This document shows, one piece after another, positions 53,966 through 64,000 of a DNA stretch of 64,000 nt (positions within the stretch are counted from its first letter, which is position 1; each line of letters opens with the position of its first letter). The stretch covers positions 235,160 through 299,159 of the forward strand of contig NZ_JAVRHU010000001.1 in the NCBI RefSeq assembly GCF_031846405.1. Direction: 5' to 3'. The translations under genes and the position numbers were made by a program. The DNA is from Croceitalea vernalis (GTDB taxonomy: Bacteria > Bacteroidota > Bacteroidia > Flavobacteriales > Flavobacteriaceae). The notes beneath the pieces are model-generated. The model saw nothing but the letters and a program-made list of their open reading frames with translations, did no database searches and had not been told where the DNA came from.

Positions 53966-54011
53966 AATATAGAACTTTACACTTATCTTTAGCCAAATTC
54001 CTAAAGGATAA

Positions 54012-55373
54012 ATGGCAAAGACCAAAACTGCTTATTTCTGTCAAAATTGCGGTGCTCAATACGCAAAATGGATTGGTCAATGTACCTCATGTAAAGAATG
54101 GAATACCGTTGTTGAAGAGGTCGTTCAGAAAGAGGATAAAAAAACCTGGAAATCTTCAACATCAACTCTTCAAAAAGCCTCGAAACCATTATTAGTAAAA
54201 GAAATTAATAGTGACAAAGAGATTCGTCTAAATACTCTTGATATAGAATTCAATAGGGTTCTTGGTGGCGGATTGGTACCTGGATCATTAACTTTATTAG
54301 GTGGTGAGCCGGGAATCGGAAAAAGTACGTTACTTCTTCAAATTGCATTAAAGCTTCAATATAAAACCCTTTATGTTTCGGGCGAAGAAAGTCAAAAACA
54401 GATTAAAATGCGTGCCGATCGCATTCATCCTAACTCTGAAAATTGTTTTATTCTTACGGAAACAAAAACTCAGAATATCTTTCAACAAATTGTGGCCTTA
54501 GAGCCTGATTTGGTCGTTATTGATTCAATTCAAACATTACATTCCGATTATATTGAATCAGCAGCAGGTAGTATCTCGCAAATTAGAGAATGTACCGCTG
54601 AGCTTATCAAATTTGCAAAAGAAAGTAACACCCCTGTTATTTTAGTTGGTCATATTACTAAAGATGGAACCATTGCTGGTCCCAAAATTTTAGAACATAT
54701 GGTGGATACCGTACTTCAATTTGAGGGAGATAGAAATTACGTCTATAGAATACTTAGATCACTAAAAAATAGATTCGGTTCTACTGCAGAACTTGGCATT
54801 TACGAGATGCAAGGCAGTGGACTTCGTGAGGTTAATAATCCTTCTGAGGTACTAATTTCAAAAAATGATCAAGATTTAAGTGGTACGGCAATTGCAGCTA
54901 CTGTAGAAGGAATGCGACCTTTACTAATTGAAATTCAAGCTTTGGTAAGCACTGCTGTTTATGGAACACCGCAACGTTCAGCTACAGGATTTAATGCTAA
55001 ACGTTTGAATATGCTTTTGGCGGTACTTGAAAAACGTGCAGGGTTCAAACTTGCTGCAAAAGATGTGTTTTTGAATATCACTGGAGGAATTTCAATTGAT
55101 GACCCTGCGACGGACTTAGCAGTTATAGCGGCAATCTTGTCTAGTAATAGTGATATTCCAATTGAAAAAGGGGTTTGTTTTGCAGCCGAAGTCGGTCTCG
55201 CCGGCGAAATTAGACCTGTTCAACGAATTGATCAAAGAATTTTAGAAGCAGAAAAATTAGGCTTTCAAACCATATATGTTTCCAAAAACAATAAGATTGG
55301 ATTAAAGAAATCTCAAATTCAGGTTAAACTAGCTTCAAAGATTGAACAAATAGTTGTCGAATTGTTTGGTTGA
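54012..55373 (+). CDS. radA: DNA repair protein RadA/Sms
   Basis: N-terminal C4 zinc finger (CQNCGAQYAKWIGQCTSCKEW). Walker A GEPGIGKST. C-terminal Lon-like domain. Confidence 0.95.
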   Translation: MAKTKTAYFCQNCGAQYAKWIGQCTSCKEWNTVVEEVVQKEDKKTWKSSTSTLQKASKPLLVKEINSDKEIRLNTLDIEFNRVLGGGLVPGSLTLLGGEPGIGKSTLLLQIALKLQYKTLYVSGEESQKQIKMRADRIHPNSENCFILTETKTQNIFQQIVALEPDLVVIDSIQTLHSDYIESAAGSISQIRECTAELIKFAKESNTPVILVGHITKDGTIAGPKILEHMVDTVLQFEGDRNYVYRILRSLKNRFGSTAELGIYEMQGSGLREVNNPSEVLISKNDQDLSGTAIAATVEGMRPLLIEIQALVSTAVYGTPQRSATGFNAKRLNMLLAVLEKRAGFKLAAKDVFLNITGGISIDDPATDLAVIAAILSSNSDIPIEKGVCFAAEVGLAGEIRPVQRIDQRILEAEKLGFQTIYVSKNNKIGLKKSQIQVKLASKIEQIVVELFG

Positions 55374-55400
55374 AAAAGTCCTTATATTTAAAAGGCTAAC

Positions 55401-57581
55401 ATGACCAATATGAGAAAAAATTTCACTTATTTTTTACTAAGTTCAGCATCCTTATTATTGAGTTGTAATACTTCCAATGACTCAAATACACAACCTGATT
55501 ACCATAATTGGAATGATTATTTAGGTGATTCAGGTAGGTCTCATTTTAGCACACTTACTCAAATTGACACCACAAATGTCAAAAATCTTGAGCTTGCTTG
55601 GAGCTATAAAAGTGGAGGTCTTGAAGAAGGGAGAACTACACAAATACAAACCAACCCAATGATTATTGGGTCAACTCTTTATGGGGTAAATGCTGCAATG
55701 GAGCTATTTGCATTAAATGGTGAAAATGGCGAACAAATTTGGAAATTTAAACCTACTACTAAAGACAATACTGGTTTAGGTTTAAATCGCGGATTAAGTT
55801 TCTGGGCTTCAAATTCCGAAGATAAAGAAGATAGATTGTTTTTTGCTTCAGGGTTTAATGTGTATGCTGTTGCGAGAAAAACAGGTAAAGCAATTACAAG
55901 TTTTGGAACCAACGGGAGTATAGATTTAAGAGAGGGTTTGGGTAGAGATGCCACAAAACTAGCTGTATATGCAAATACTCCGGGTGCCGTCTATCAGAAC
56001 TTATTGATTATGGGTACTCGAGTCGGTGAAGGACCGGGCTCATCACCTGGTCATATAAGAGCATATAATGTAATTACGGGTGAAATTGAGTGGATATTTC
56101 ACACAATTCCTCAACCAGAGGAATTTGGTTATGACTCATGGCCGAAGGAAGCCTATAAAACAGTGGGGGGAGCCAATAGTTGGTCAGGAAATGCTATAGA
56201 CCATGAAAGAGGTATTGTATATTTTCCAACAGGTTCTGCAGCTTTTGACTGGTATGGTGGAGATCGTCATGGTGAAAATCTATTTGCTAATTCACTTTTA
56301 GCTTTAAATGCTAAAACGGGAGAACGTCTTTGGCATTATCAGATTGTTCATCATGATTTATGGGATAGAGATTTGCCTGCACCACCTAACCTTTTTGAGA
56401 TGAATCGTAATGGACACAAGATTCCGGCAGTAGCACAGGTAACCAAAAGTGGCCATGTATTTGTTTTTAACCGTGTTACAGGTGAACCTTTATTTCCTAT
56501 TGAAGAAAAAGCATATCCTAATTCTAATTTAGAAGGAGAACAAGCCCACCCTACACAACCTTTACCAACAAAACCTGCACCTTTTGCTAAACAGCAGCTG
56601 ACAGAGGCTGATTTATACGCACCCAATCAACCAGCATTTGTAGATGATTTTGTGGACAAGGAACAAAACATAAATCCTCCAACTGTTCTAGATAAATTCA
56701 ATCAAATTACTTCAAAAGGACAGTTTGTTCCTATTGATACCACAGGAGTTTTGTTATATCCAGGAGCCGATGGCGGAGCTGAATGGGGTGGGGCAGCCAT
56801 GGATCCTAACAAAGGAATTATGTATGTGAACTCTAATGAAATGGCTTGGATTGTACGAATGAAAAAAGTTGGCGGAGAATCAAATGAAGAATCAAATTTT
56901 GGAGCGTCCTTAACCCAAATTCATTGTGCTCGTTGTCATGGGGGTAAATTACAAGGTCTTGGAGCAATTCCAGAACTACAAAATATTAAAGAACGTTTTT
57001 CTATTGATTCTATTAAAAGCATTATTAAAAATGGAAAAGGTGCGATGCCTGGTATGCCTAACCTTACTGATTCTGAGGTAAAAGCTATTACCAATTACAT
57101 TTCAGATTTAGAAGAAGAAACCGACCATCGCGCTGAAGAGGGCTCGACTAAAGTGCCTTATGCAGTTGCTGGTTTTGGTCGCTTTAAAGATAATCGAGGT
57201 TATCCGGTAATGACACCGCCATGGGGAACCTTGAATGCTATTGATTTAAATACTGGAGAATACTTATGGAAAGTTCCTTTAGGACATGAAGAACAATTGA
57301 ATGACCCTAATCATCCTGTTTCAGGTCTAGAAAATTATGGTGGTCCTGTGGTTACTGCAAGTGACTTATTATTTATAGCTGCAACAAAAGATGAAAAATT
57401 TCGAGCCTACAATATGAAAAATGGAAGTCTTTTATGGCAAACAGAATTGCCAACAGGTGGTTACGCTACACCTGCAACTTATAGCATCGGTGGAAAGCAA
57501 TTTATAGTAATTGCATGTGGTGGTGGTAAAATGGGTACTGCCTCTGGCGATGAATACCGGGCTTATGCTTTACCCGATTAA
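55401..57581 (+). CDS. PQQ-dependent dehydrogenase (8-bladed propeller) with embedded cytochrome c domain, lipoprotein
   Basis: Lipobox LLSCN. W-containing propeller repeats. Haem motif CARCH and a MPGMP Met ligand around residues 500-560. Confidence 0.7.
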   Translation: MTNMRKNFTYFLLSSASLLLSCNTSNDSNTQPDYHNWNDYLGDSGRSHFSTLTQIDTTNVKNLELAWSYKSGGLEEGRTTQIQTNPMIIGSTLYGVNAAMELFALNGENGEQIWKFKPTTKDNTGLGLNRGLSFWASNSEDKEDRLFFASGFNVYAVARKTGKAITSFGTNGSIDLREGLGRDATKLAVYANTPGAVYQNLLIMGTRVGEGPGSSPGHIRAYNVITGEIEWIFHTIPQPEEFGYDSWPKEAYKTVGGANSWSGNAIDHERGIVYFPTGSAAFDWYGGDRHGENLFANSLLALNAKTGERLWHYQIVHHDLWDRDLPAPPNLFEMNRNGHKIPAVAQVTKSGHVFVFNRVTGEPLFPIEEKAYPNSNLEGEQAHPTQPLPTKPAPFAKQQLTEADLYAPNQPAFVDDFVDKEQNINPPTVLDKFNQITSKGQFVPIDTTGVLLYPGADGGAEWGGAAMDPNKGIMYVNSNEMAWIVRMKKVGGESNEESNFGASLTQIHCARCHGGKLQGLGAIPELQNIKERFSIDSIKSIIKNGKGAMPGMPNLTDSEVKAITNYISDLEEETDHRAEEGSTKVPYAVAGFGRFKDNRGYPVMTPPWGTLNAIDLNTGEYLWKVPLGHEEQLNDPNHPVSGLENYGGPVVTASDLLFIAATKDEKFRAYNMKNGSLLWQTELPTGGYATPATYSIGGKQFIVIACGGGKMGTASGDEYRAYALPD

Positions 57582-58618
57582 GGTGCAGGATTAGGAATCT
57601 CGTTATGAATAGCTTCAATACCTTTTAAAACCTCATCGGATAAATCTACATTGATACTTTCAATATTTTCCTTTAGTTGCTCCATGGTTGTTGCCCCAAT
57701 GATATTACTTGTTACAAATGTCCTCGTATTTACAAAAGCCAGTGACATTTGCGTTAACGAAAGACCATGTTCAGTTGCCAGGTCAAAGTACTTTTGAGTT
57801 GCTATTACAGAATTTTCATTACTATAACGGTTATAGTTCGGAAATAAAGTTACTCTGCCTTTTCGAGGTTTTTTTCCACCTAAATATTTGCCACTAAGAA
57901 CCCCAAATCCCAATGGTGAATATGGTAATAATCCTATTTTTTCTCTAATTGAAACTTCAGAAAGGCCAACTTCAAATAATCTATTCAGAAGACTATATGC
58001 GTTTTGAATGGTTGCCATTCGTGGAAGACCCTGATGAACTTTGGCCTCTTCTAAAAATCGCATCACACCCCAAGGGTTTTCATTAGAAAGCCCTACTTGC
58101 CTAATCTTACCTTCTTGAACTAAATCATGCAGTGTTTCTAGAACTTGGTGAATGTTATCTTCCCAAAAATCTGGAGCATCGGCATTAAAGCCTCGTTGCC
58201 CAAAAAAATTAGTATTACGTTCAGGCCAATGCAATTGGTACAAGTCTATATAATCTGTTTGTAATCTTTTTAGACTTCCTTCAACAGCTGATATTATTGA
58301 ATCTTTACTAAATCCGGTTGTCCGTATATGCTTTGTATAATCTCCTGTTCCAGCAATCTTAGAACCCAAAATAACTTTATCTCGATTACCTCTTTTTTTA
58401 AACCAATTACCAATGATTTCTTCAGTGACAGCATATAGTTCTTTTTTAGCTGGCACAGGGTAAAGCTCAGCAGTATCAAAGAAATTTACTCCTTGTTCTA
58501 GAGCGTAATCCATTTGTTCATGACCTTCTTCCTCAGAATTTTGACGACCCCAAGTCATAGTTCCTAAACAAATTTTACTAACTCTGATATTAGTATTTGG
58601 TAAGCGGGTATATTTCAT
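57578..58618 (-). CDS. NADP-dependent aldo/keto reductase (Tas-like)
   Basis: AKR fold with catalytic-tetrad context (DTAELY, K...H). Confidence 0.85.
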   Translation of the reverse strand: MKYTRLPNTNIRVSKICLGTMTWGRQNSEEEGHEQMDYALEQGVNFFDTAELYPVPAKKELYAVTEEIIGNWFKKRGNRDKVILGSKIAGTGDYTKHIRTTGFSKDSIISAVEGSLKRLQTDYIDLYQLHWPERNTNFFGQRGFNADAPDFWEDNIHQVLETLHDLVQEGKIRQVGLSNENPWGVMRFLEEAKVHQGLPRMATIQNAYSLLNRLFEVGLSEVSIREKIGLLPYSPLGFGVLSGKYLGGKKPRKGRVTLFPNYNRYSNENSVIATQKYFDLATEHGLSLTQMSLAFVNTRTFVTSNIIGATTMEQLKENIESINVDLSDEVLKGIEAIHNEIPNPAP

Positions 58619-58683
58619 GATAAAAACTATAAAGATGCAAAACTAGTGGATCAACATTAAGATCGGTGTTAAGCTTTTGTGAT

Positions 58684-59445
58684 TTATTCTACTTCTAATA
58701 AAATTGGACAATGGTCACTGTGTTTAGCTTCGGGAAGAATTATGGAACGCTTCAACCTGTCTTTTAGAGAGCTATTCACCATACCATAATCTAACCGCCA
58801 GCCTTTGTTATTATTTCTTGCATTTGCTCTGTAACTCCACCAAGTATAATTATGGGGTTCTTTATTAAAATGCCTAAAACTATCTATAAACCCACTCTTC
58901 ATGAAATCACCTATCCACTCACGCTCGACTGGTAAAAAACCTGAAACATTTTTAAGTCCAGTTGGGTTATGTATATCAATAGCTTCATGACAAATATTGT
59001 AATCACCACAAACGATTAAATTCTCTCGCTCTTTTCGAAGTTCGTTGGCGTATTCTTGAAAGTCTGCCATATATTTTAATTTAAACTCAAGACGGTCCAT
59101 GTTTGAACCAGAAGGCAAATACATGCTCATTACTGAAATATCGCCAAAATCAGCTCTTATATTTCTTCCTTCAAAATCCATATAGTCAATTCCCGTTCCA
59201 TACTCAACATGGTCAGGTTTTATTTTACAAAGTAATGCAACACCACTATATCCCTTCTTTTGTGCGCTAAACCAATAATGGTATTTGTAACCCGCCTCTT
59301 CAAATAGAGCGACATCGACTTGCTCTTGCATTGCTTTTGTTTCTTGCAAACAAATCACGTCAGGCCCAACTGATTTTAGCCATTCTACAAAACCTTTTTT
59401 TAAAGCAGCACGTATACCATTGACGTTATAAGAAGCTATTTTCAT
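58684..59445 (-). CDS. xth: exodeoxyribonuclease III
   Basis: MKIASYNVNGIRA...LQETK...SDHCP motifs of the EEP nuclease family. Confidence 0.9.
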   Translation of the reverse strand: MKIASYNVNGIRAALKKGFVEWLKSVGPDVICLQETKAMQEQVDVALFEEAGYKYHYWFSAQKKGYSGVALLCKIKPDHVEYGTGIDYMDFEGRNIRADFGDISVMSMYLPSGSNMDRLEFKLKYMADFQEYANELRKERENLIVCGDYNICHEAIDIHNPTGLKNVSGFLPVEREWIGDFMKSGFIDSFRHFNKEPHNYTWWSYRANARNNNKGWRLDYGMVNSSLKDRLKRSIILPEAKHSDHCPILLEVE

Positions 59446-59738
59446 GAATTAAATTTTGCTTAAAAATAAACATTGTTTTGCCCTGAGATAATAATCTATT
59501 AACAAAATTGAATTTACTTGACTTATGGTTTTAATTCAATACTATGAGCACGAGTTTTTCTCAAGCCTTGAAATGCTAGATTATTTTGTTTTGATCTATA
59601 AGTCAGCGCTTTAGGTTTAGCATATTCCATTGGAAAATTAAAAATCTATAATAGAATATTGTCAATTTAGTAAAACCGACGTTGTTTTTACAACCCATAC
59701 AATTTAAAATAAGCTATATTTAGTGTATAAAAAAAACT

Positions 59739-60329
59739 ATGAAAAAATTATTTCTGTACCTATTTTTACTTGGTGGTCTAGTTCTCCACGCGCAAGAGAA
59801 TGAACCCACAGAATCGCAAAAACAGATGAGTCAATTTGCTACAGCCAAAAGAAATGAATTAAGTATTGATGTTTTATCTGCGATTGGAATTCCAGCTTTA
59901 AATCCGCGGTATGAATATATTTTAGGAAAATATTCTGGTGTGGGTATTGACTTGTTTATATCCCTAGATGGTGATGATAACTTTACCGATTTCTCAGAAT
60001 ATGAAAGTTTTTCATTGACACCTTACTACCGTCAATATTTCTTTTCTAAAGAAGATTATGGCGCCAAAGGATTTTATGCTGAAGGATTTGTGAAGTTTTT
60101 CACCTACGATGCCAATATATCTGAATCGATAAATAATAGCGTAACCCAAGAGAGTATTTTTGACACTTCTATTGGTGCAGGCATTGGATGGAAATGGATA
60201 AGCCAGAGCGGATTCTTGGTTGATTTGGGAATCGGAGTGGGAAGAAATCTTGCCTTAAGCGATAATGCTCAACAATTTAATAATGAGCTTCAAATTCGTG
60301 GTGGTTTAAATTTTGGGTGGCGATTTTAA
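59739..60329 (+). CDS. small outer-membrane beta-barrel protein (OmpW/DUF3575-like)
   Basis: Signal peptide. Alternating amphipathic beta-strands. C-terminal ...NFGWRF with aromatic last residue. Confidence 0.45.
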   Translation: MKKLFLYLFLLGGLVLHAQENEPTESQKQMSQFATAKRNELSIDVLSAIGIPALNPRYEYILGKYSGVGIDLFISLDGDDNFTDFSEYESFSLTPYYRQYFFSKEDYGAKGFYAEGFVKFFTYDANISESINNSVTQESIFDTSIGAGIGWKWISQSGFLVDLGIGVGRNLALSDNAQQFNNELQIRGGLNFGWRF

Positions 60330-60545
60330 AAGATTAACTTTTCTAACAATTTAAATATTTGAATAATTTATAGGAATACGCCAGGTACGCAAAAGACAGG
60401 GATTTTCAATCAAGTAATTGAACTTTATCTATTAAATGATTTTAGATACCTTTAGGTTGTATTCGTGTTTTAAATTTAATGGGGATGTTATTTTGGCTAT
60501 AGCGGTACATTTTTCATCCTATTGCCAATTAGAGGTATAGAATAG

Positions 60546-62618
60546 ATGGTTAAAAGTACTTCCATAATCAAATACTATTTTTTATTCTTATTTTCTATCA
60601 ACTTCACTTTTGCACAACAAAATAAGGACTCCATAACTAACTTGGACGAGGTTGTATTATTACAAGAATTCATCAAAAAAAAAGCTGTTGGAATCACGCC
60701 GTCAGACCAATTAAACATAACTGATTTAGAACAATATAGTCCAATCGACTTTGCTTCTGGTCTTAACGAAATTTCTGGCCTATATGTTTTGTCTGGAGCA
60801 TTGAACACTAACCGAATTACCATTCGCGGTGTTGGAGCACGAACACCTTTTAGTACAGACAAACTACGTATGTATTTTAACGGAATACCAATAACCAATG
60901 GAACAGGAGTTTCTGCTATTGAAGCTTATGATTTTGAAAATATGGGGCGTATAGAAGTGGTAAAAGGACCAAAAGGAACTTCCTTAGGGGCTAATTTGGG
61001 CGGAGTCATTCTATTAAACACTAAACCACCTGAAGTTGGTAATACTTTTTTGAGTAACACGTTTACCATTGGGTCTTTTAATATGATTAAAGACAATTTA
61101 TCCTTTAGACATTCAGAGAAAGGTTTTAATTTAAATTTAAGCTACAACCATTTACAAACAGATGGTTTCCGACAAAATAATAGTTTTGAACGCGATGGGT
61201 TTTTATTAACCTCTTCGGTCAAATTATATCCTAAAGGTAAATTAGATTTTCTAGTCAACTATATTGACTATACCGCAAGTATTCCAAGTTCAATAAACCA
61301 AACTGATTTCAGTGAAGATCCCCGAAGGGCAGCTGCAAATTGGCTTGCAGCTCGCGGTTTTGAAACCAATAAGTACACACTTGCTGGATTATCGCATAGT
61401 CATTTTTTTAATGATGATTTAAAAATCACTTCAAGTATTTTTTATACCTACTTGGACCATTATGAACCCAGACCTTTCAATATTTTAGATGAGTTTACTA
61501 ATGGTTATGGTTTTAGGTCACTTTTGGAAGGGACAATTTTTAAGGGTGATTTTACCGTTGGGGCTGAATTATACAAAGATGAATACAATTGGCAGACTTT
61601 TTTCAACCAATTTCGGGATAATGACGGTAATGGAAGTTTGCAAGGAGCTCAATTGAGTGATAACAAAGAATTTCGTTCGCAACTAAACCTATTTGGTACT
61701 TATGCCTACCAATTGACGCCAAAACTAACAGCACAAGTTGGCCTCGCATTAAACCAAACTAATTTTGATTTTAGAGATTTGTTCAATGATGAAGATGAGA
61801 ATACTTCTGCTAAACGAGATTTTGAAGCTATTTTACTACCCAGCGTAGGTTTGGAATATCAAATTAAAAAAGGAATCTTATACGCCAATATCGGACGTGG
61901 ATTCTCGAACCCCGGATTGGAAGAGACTTTGACTCCTGATGGGGTTATTAATCCCAACATTGAACAAGAAAAAGGTGTTAATTATGAATTAGGAGGGCGG
62001 TTTTTATTATTTACAAACCAATTGAGCATAAATGCCGCAGTCTATCAAATGAATATTACAGACTTATTGGTGGCCGAACGTATTAATGAAGACCAATTTA
62101 TCGGTCGGAATGCTGGTGAAACTAAACACCAAGGATTTGAATTAGATTTACGGTATCGCCAGAAAATTAATGGGAATTGGTCATTGATTCCTCGGTTGAG
62201 CTATAGCTATAGCAATCATAGTTTTGTTGATTTTATTGATGGAGACGATAATTTTTCTGGAAATGATTTGGCAGGCGTTCCAAGGCATCGAATAAACTCC
62301 GGAATTGCTTTACGGAGAGCTAATGATTTCGTTTTTAATTTAACACATCAATTTGTAGATGACATTCTTTTGAACGATGCCAATACCTTGAGTAGTGAAG
62401 CATTCAATATTTTTAACCTTTCAACACGATATAACACTTCAATAACGAATAACTTGAAACTTGGAATCAATTTTGGTTTGAACAATCTTTTTAACACCAA
62501 TTATGCACAGTCTGTCCTAATCAATGCAACCGGATTTGGTGGTGCTGCGCCACGTTACTTTTATCCCGGGAACGGGAGAAACTATTTTACAGGAATGCGA
62601 TTGAATTATTCTTTTTAA
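60546..62618 (+). CDS. TonB-dependent receptor (690 aa, siderophore/small-ligand size class)
   Basis: Signal peptide. Plug (TIRGVGAR, MYFNGIP). Barrel ending ...RLNYSF. Confidence 0.75.
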   Translation: MVKSTSIIKYYFLFLFSINFTFAQQNKDSITNLDEVVLLQEFIKKKAVGITPSDQLNITDLEQYSPIDFASGLNEISGLYVLSGALNTNRITIRGVGARTPFSTDKLRMYFNGIPITNGTGVSAIEAYDFENMGRIEVVKGPKGTSLGANLGGVILLNTKPPEVGNTFLSNTFTIGSFNMIKDNLSFRHSEKGFNLNLSYNHLQTDGFRQNNSFERDGFLLTSSVKLYPKGKLDFLVNYIDYTASIPSSINQTDFSEDPRRAAANWLAARGFETNKYTLAGLSHSHFFNDDLKITSSIFYTYLDHYEPRPFNILDEFTNGYGFRSLLEGTIFKGDFTVGAELYKDEYNWQTFFNQFRDNDGNGSLQGAQLSDNKEFRSQLNLFGTYAYQLTPKLTAQVGLALNQTNFDFRDLFNDEDENTSAKRDFEAILLPSVGLEYQIKKGILYANIGRGFSNPGLEETLTPDGVINPNIEQEKGVNYELGGRFLLFTNQLSINAAVYQMNITDLLVAERINEDQFIGRNAGETKHQGFELDLRYRQKINGNWSLIPRLSYSYSNHSFVDFIDGDDNFSGNDLAGVPRHRINSGIALRRANDFVFNLTHQFVDDILLNDANTLSSEAFNIFNLSTRYNTSITNNLKLGINFGLNNLFNTNYAQSVLINATGFGGAAPRYFYPGNGRNYFTGMRLNYSF

Positions 62619-62653
62619 CTAACTTATCTTTAATAAGGTAGAATTAGAATACG

Positions 62654-63226
62654 ATGACCGAAAAAGAGAAAATGCTTAATGGTGAACCCTATAACTCTAG
62701 AGACCCAGAGTTACTAAAGCAATACCATAAAGCCAGAGCAATACTAAAAGCCTATAATAACCTAGATTCTACTGAGCTTCAAGAGCGTTCAAATCTTCTA
62801 AAAAGTCTATTTGAAAAGATGGGTAATGCAGTTTGGGTTGAAGCTCCATTTTTTTGTGATTATGGTGAACATATTTCAATTGGAGAAAATACATTTATTA
62901 ATGCCAATTGTATTTTTATTGACGATAATAAAATAAATATCGGAGCTAACGGACTTATTGGTCCACATGTTCAAATTTATACTGCCGAACATCCATTAAA
63001 AGCTTCGGAGCGAATTATTAAGTCTGAAGAAGGAACACACTACCTAACATCTACCAAACCAGTAAAGATTGGGCGTAATGTTTGGATTGGAGGTAACTCC
63101 GTTATTTTTCCTGGTGTTACTATTGGCGATAATGTTACTATTGGAGCAGGTAGTATTGTAACAAAAGACATTCCGGATAACGTATTAGCTTTCGGTAATC
63201 CATGTAAAGTACAGAAACAACTTTAA
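62654..63226 (+). CDS. sugar O-acetyltransferase (maltose/galactoside acetyltransferase-like, hexapeptide repeats)
   Basis: Mac N-terminal region ([14 protein letters not shown]) and left-handed beta-helix hexapeptide repeats ([13 protein letters not shown]). Confidence 0.8.
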   Translation: MTEKEKMLNGEPYNSRDPELLKQYHKARAILKAYNNLDSTELQERSNLLKSLFEKMGNAVWVEAPFFCDYGEHISIGENTFINANCIFIDDNKINIGANGLIGPHVQIYTAEHPLKASERIIKSEEGTHYLTSTKPVKIGRNVWIGGNSVIFPGVTIGDNVTIGAGSIVTKDIPDNVLAFGNPCKVQKQL

Positions 63227-63228
63227 AT

Positions 63229-63570
63229 ATGAGTTACACACCTATTAACTACATTGAATTTAAATCAACTGACCTTAAGGCAACAAAAACATTTTATTCC
63301 CAAGTTTTCGGTTGGTCATTTACAGATTATGGCGATAGATATACCGCTTTTTCAGATAGTGGAGTTGAAGGTGGTTTTGAATTAAGTAATGAACCCATCA
63401 CAAATGGAGTTTTGGTAGTCTTGCACCATTTAAATCTTATAAATATTAAAGAGAAAGTGCTAAAAAGTGGTGGAAAAATTTCTGTAGATATTTTCTCTTT
63501 TCCAGGCGGGAGTCGTTTTCAGTTTTTAGACCCTTCGGGTAATGAATTAGCAGTTTGGTGTAAAGAATAA
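63229..63570 (+). CDS. VOC/glyoxalase-family protein
   Basis: The FYSQVFGW...GG pattern and the 113-aa length fit a single VOC module. Confidence 0.65.
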   Translation: MSYTPINYIEFKSTDLKATKTFYSQVFGWSFTDYGDRYTAFSDSGVEGGFELSNEPITNGVLVVLHHLNLINIKEKVLKSGGKISVDIFSFPGGSRFQFLDPSGNELAVWCKE

Positions 63571-63574
63571 AAAA

Positions 63575-63608
63575 AGCATCCTGATTTTCATCAGGATGCT
63601 TTCTCTTT
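63575..63608. terminator. bidirectional rho-independent terminator
   Basis: AGCATCCTGA-ttttca-TCAGGATGCT is flanked by A7 upstream and T-rich downstream, between the convergent VOC and katG genes. Confidence 0.65.
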
Positions 63609-63625
63609 CATAGCAATTTTAGATC

Positions 63626-64000
<375 letters not shown>

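Noticed and set aside
59540-59650. 35-aa minus-strand ORF (MEYAKPKALTYRSKQNNLAFQGLRKTRAHSIELKP) in the xth upstream region
   Set aside because: It has no coupling to neighbouring genes, no terminator, and a composition consistent with a chance ORF in a 290-bp AT-rich promoter region. It is weaker than the other two micro-ORFs.
60330-60545. 216-bp leader upstream of the 690-aa TonB-dependent receptor examined for a cobalamin or TPP riboswitch
   Set aside because: I could find no B12 box (GCCACTG-like), no CTGAGA/ACCTGATCTGGATAATGCCAGCG TPP core, and no convincing multi-stem structure by eye. Downstream genes (acetyltransferase, VOC) do not suggest vitamin uptake.

Overview
This is a low-GC (about 33-36%) chromosomal segment from a member of Bacteroidota, class Flavobacteriia. 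Supporting that: gldE-gldD gliding-motility genes preceded by ssb and mutY; Bacteroidetes-style -7 TAnnTTTG promoter boxes; a split atpDC operon; several TonB-dependent receptors with carboxypeptidase-regulatory-like N-termini; DUF4270, DUF3667 and DUF2007-like families.

The window is densely coding, roughly 60 genes, and reads as core genome. I could recognise no tRNA, rRNA, CRISPR array, transposase or integrase by eye.

Recognisable housekeeping genes: rpmA, rplU, ssb, mutY, HU, rng, recX, bioB, bioA, bioD, bioF, atpD, atpC, glmS, panC, panD, radA, xth and the 3' end of katG. Other identifiable genes are an M16 peptidase pair, a LytS/LytTR two-component system, flotillin/NfeD, four TonB-dependent receptors, a beta-propeller phytase, a PQQ/cytochrome-c dehydrogenase, an aldo-keto reductase and a maltose-type O-acetyltransferase.

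The most unusual content, in order of interest:
- A five-gene co-directional array of exported proteins: TonB-dependent receptor, beta-propeller phytase, M19 dipeptidase, a 1033-aa FG-GAP beta-propeller fused to an amidohydrolase domain, and a signal-peptide-bearing RidA. I interpret the last three as a candidate periplasmic dehydropeptide or imine catabolic module.
- A fragmented biotin locus with no bioC, bioH, bioG, bioZ, bioW or bioI equivalent. It carries instead a KAS I/II-like condensing enzyme, a translationally coupled DUF2007/zinc-ribbon gene between bioF and bioD, and an antiparallel GT2+GT39 glycosyltransferase pair.
- Two unannotated micro-ORFs, one a 29-aa polybasic ORF with its own terminator between HU and rng.

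All calls rest on reading the translated ORFs and the DNA by eye. No database search was possible.
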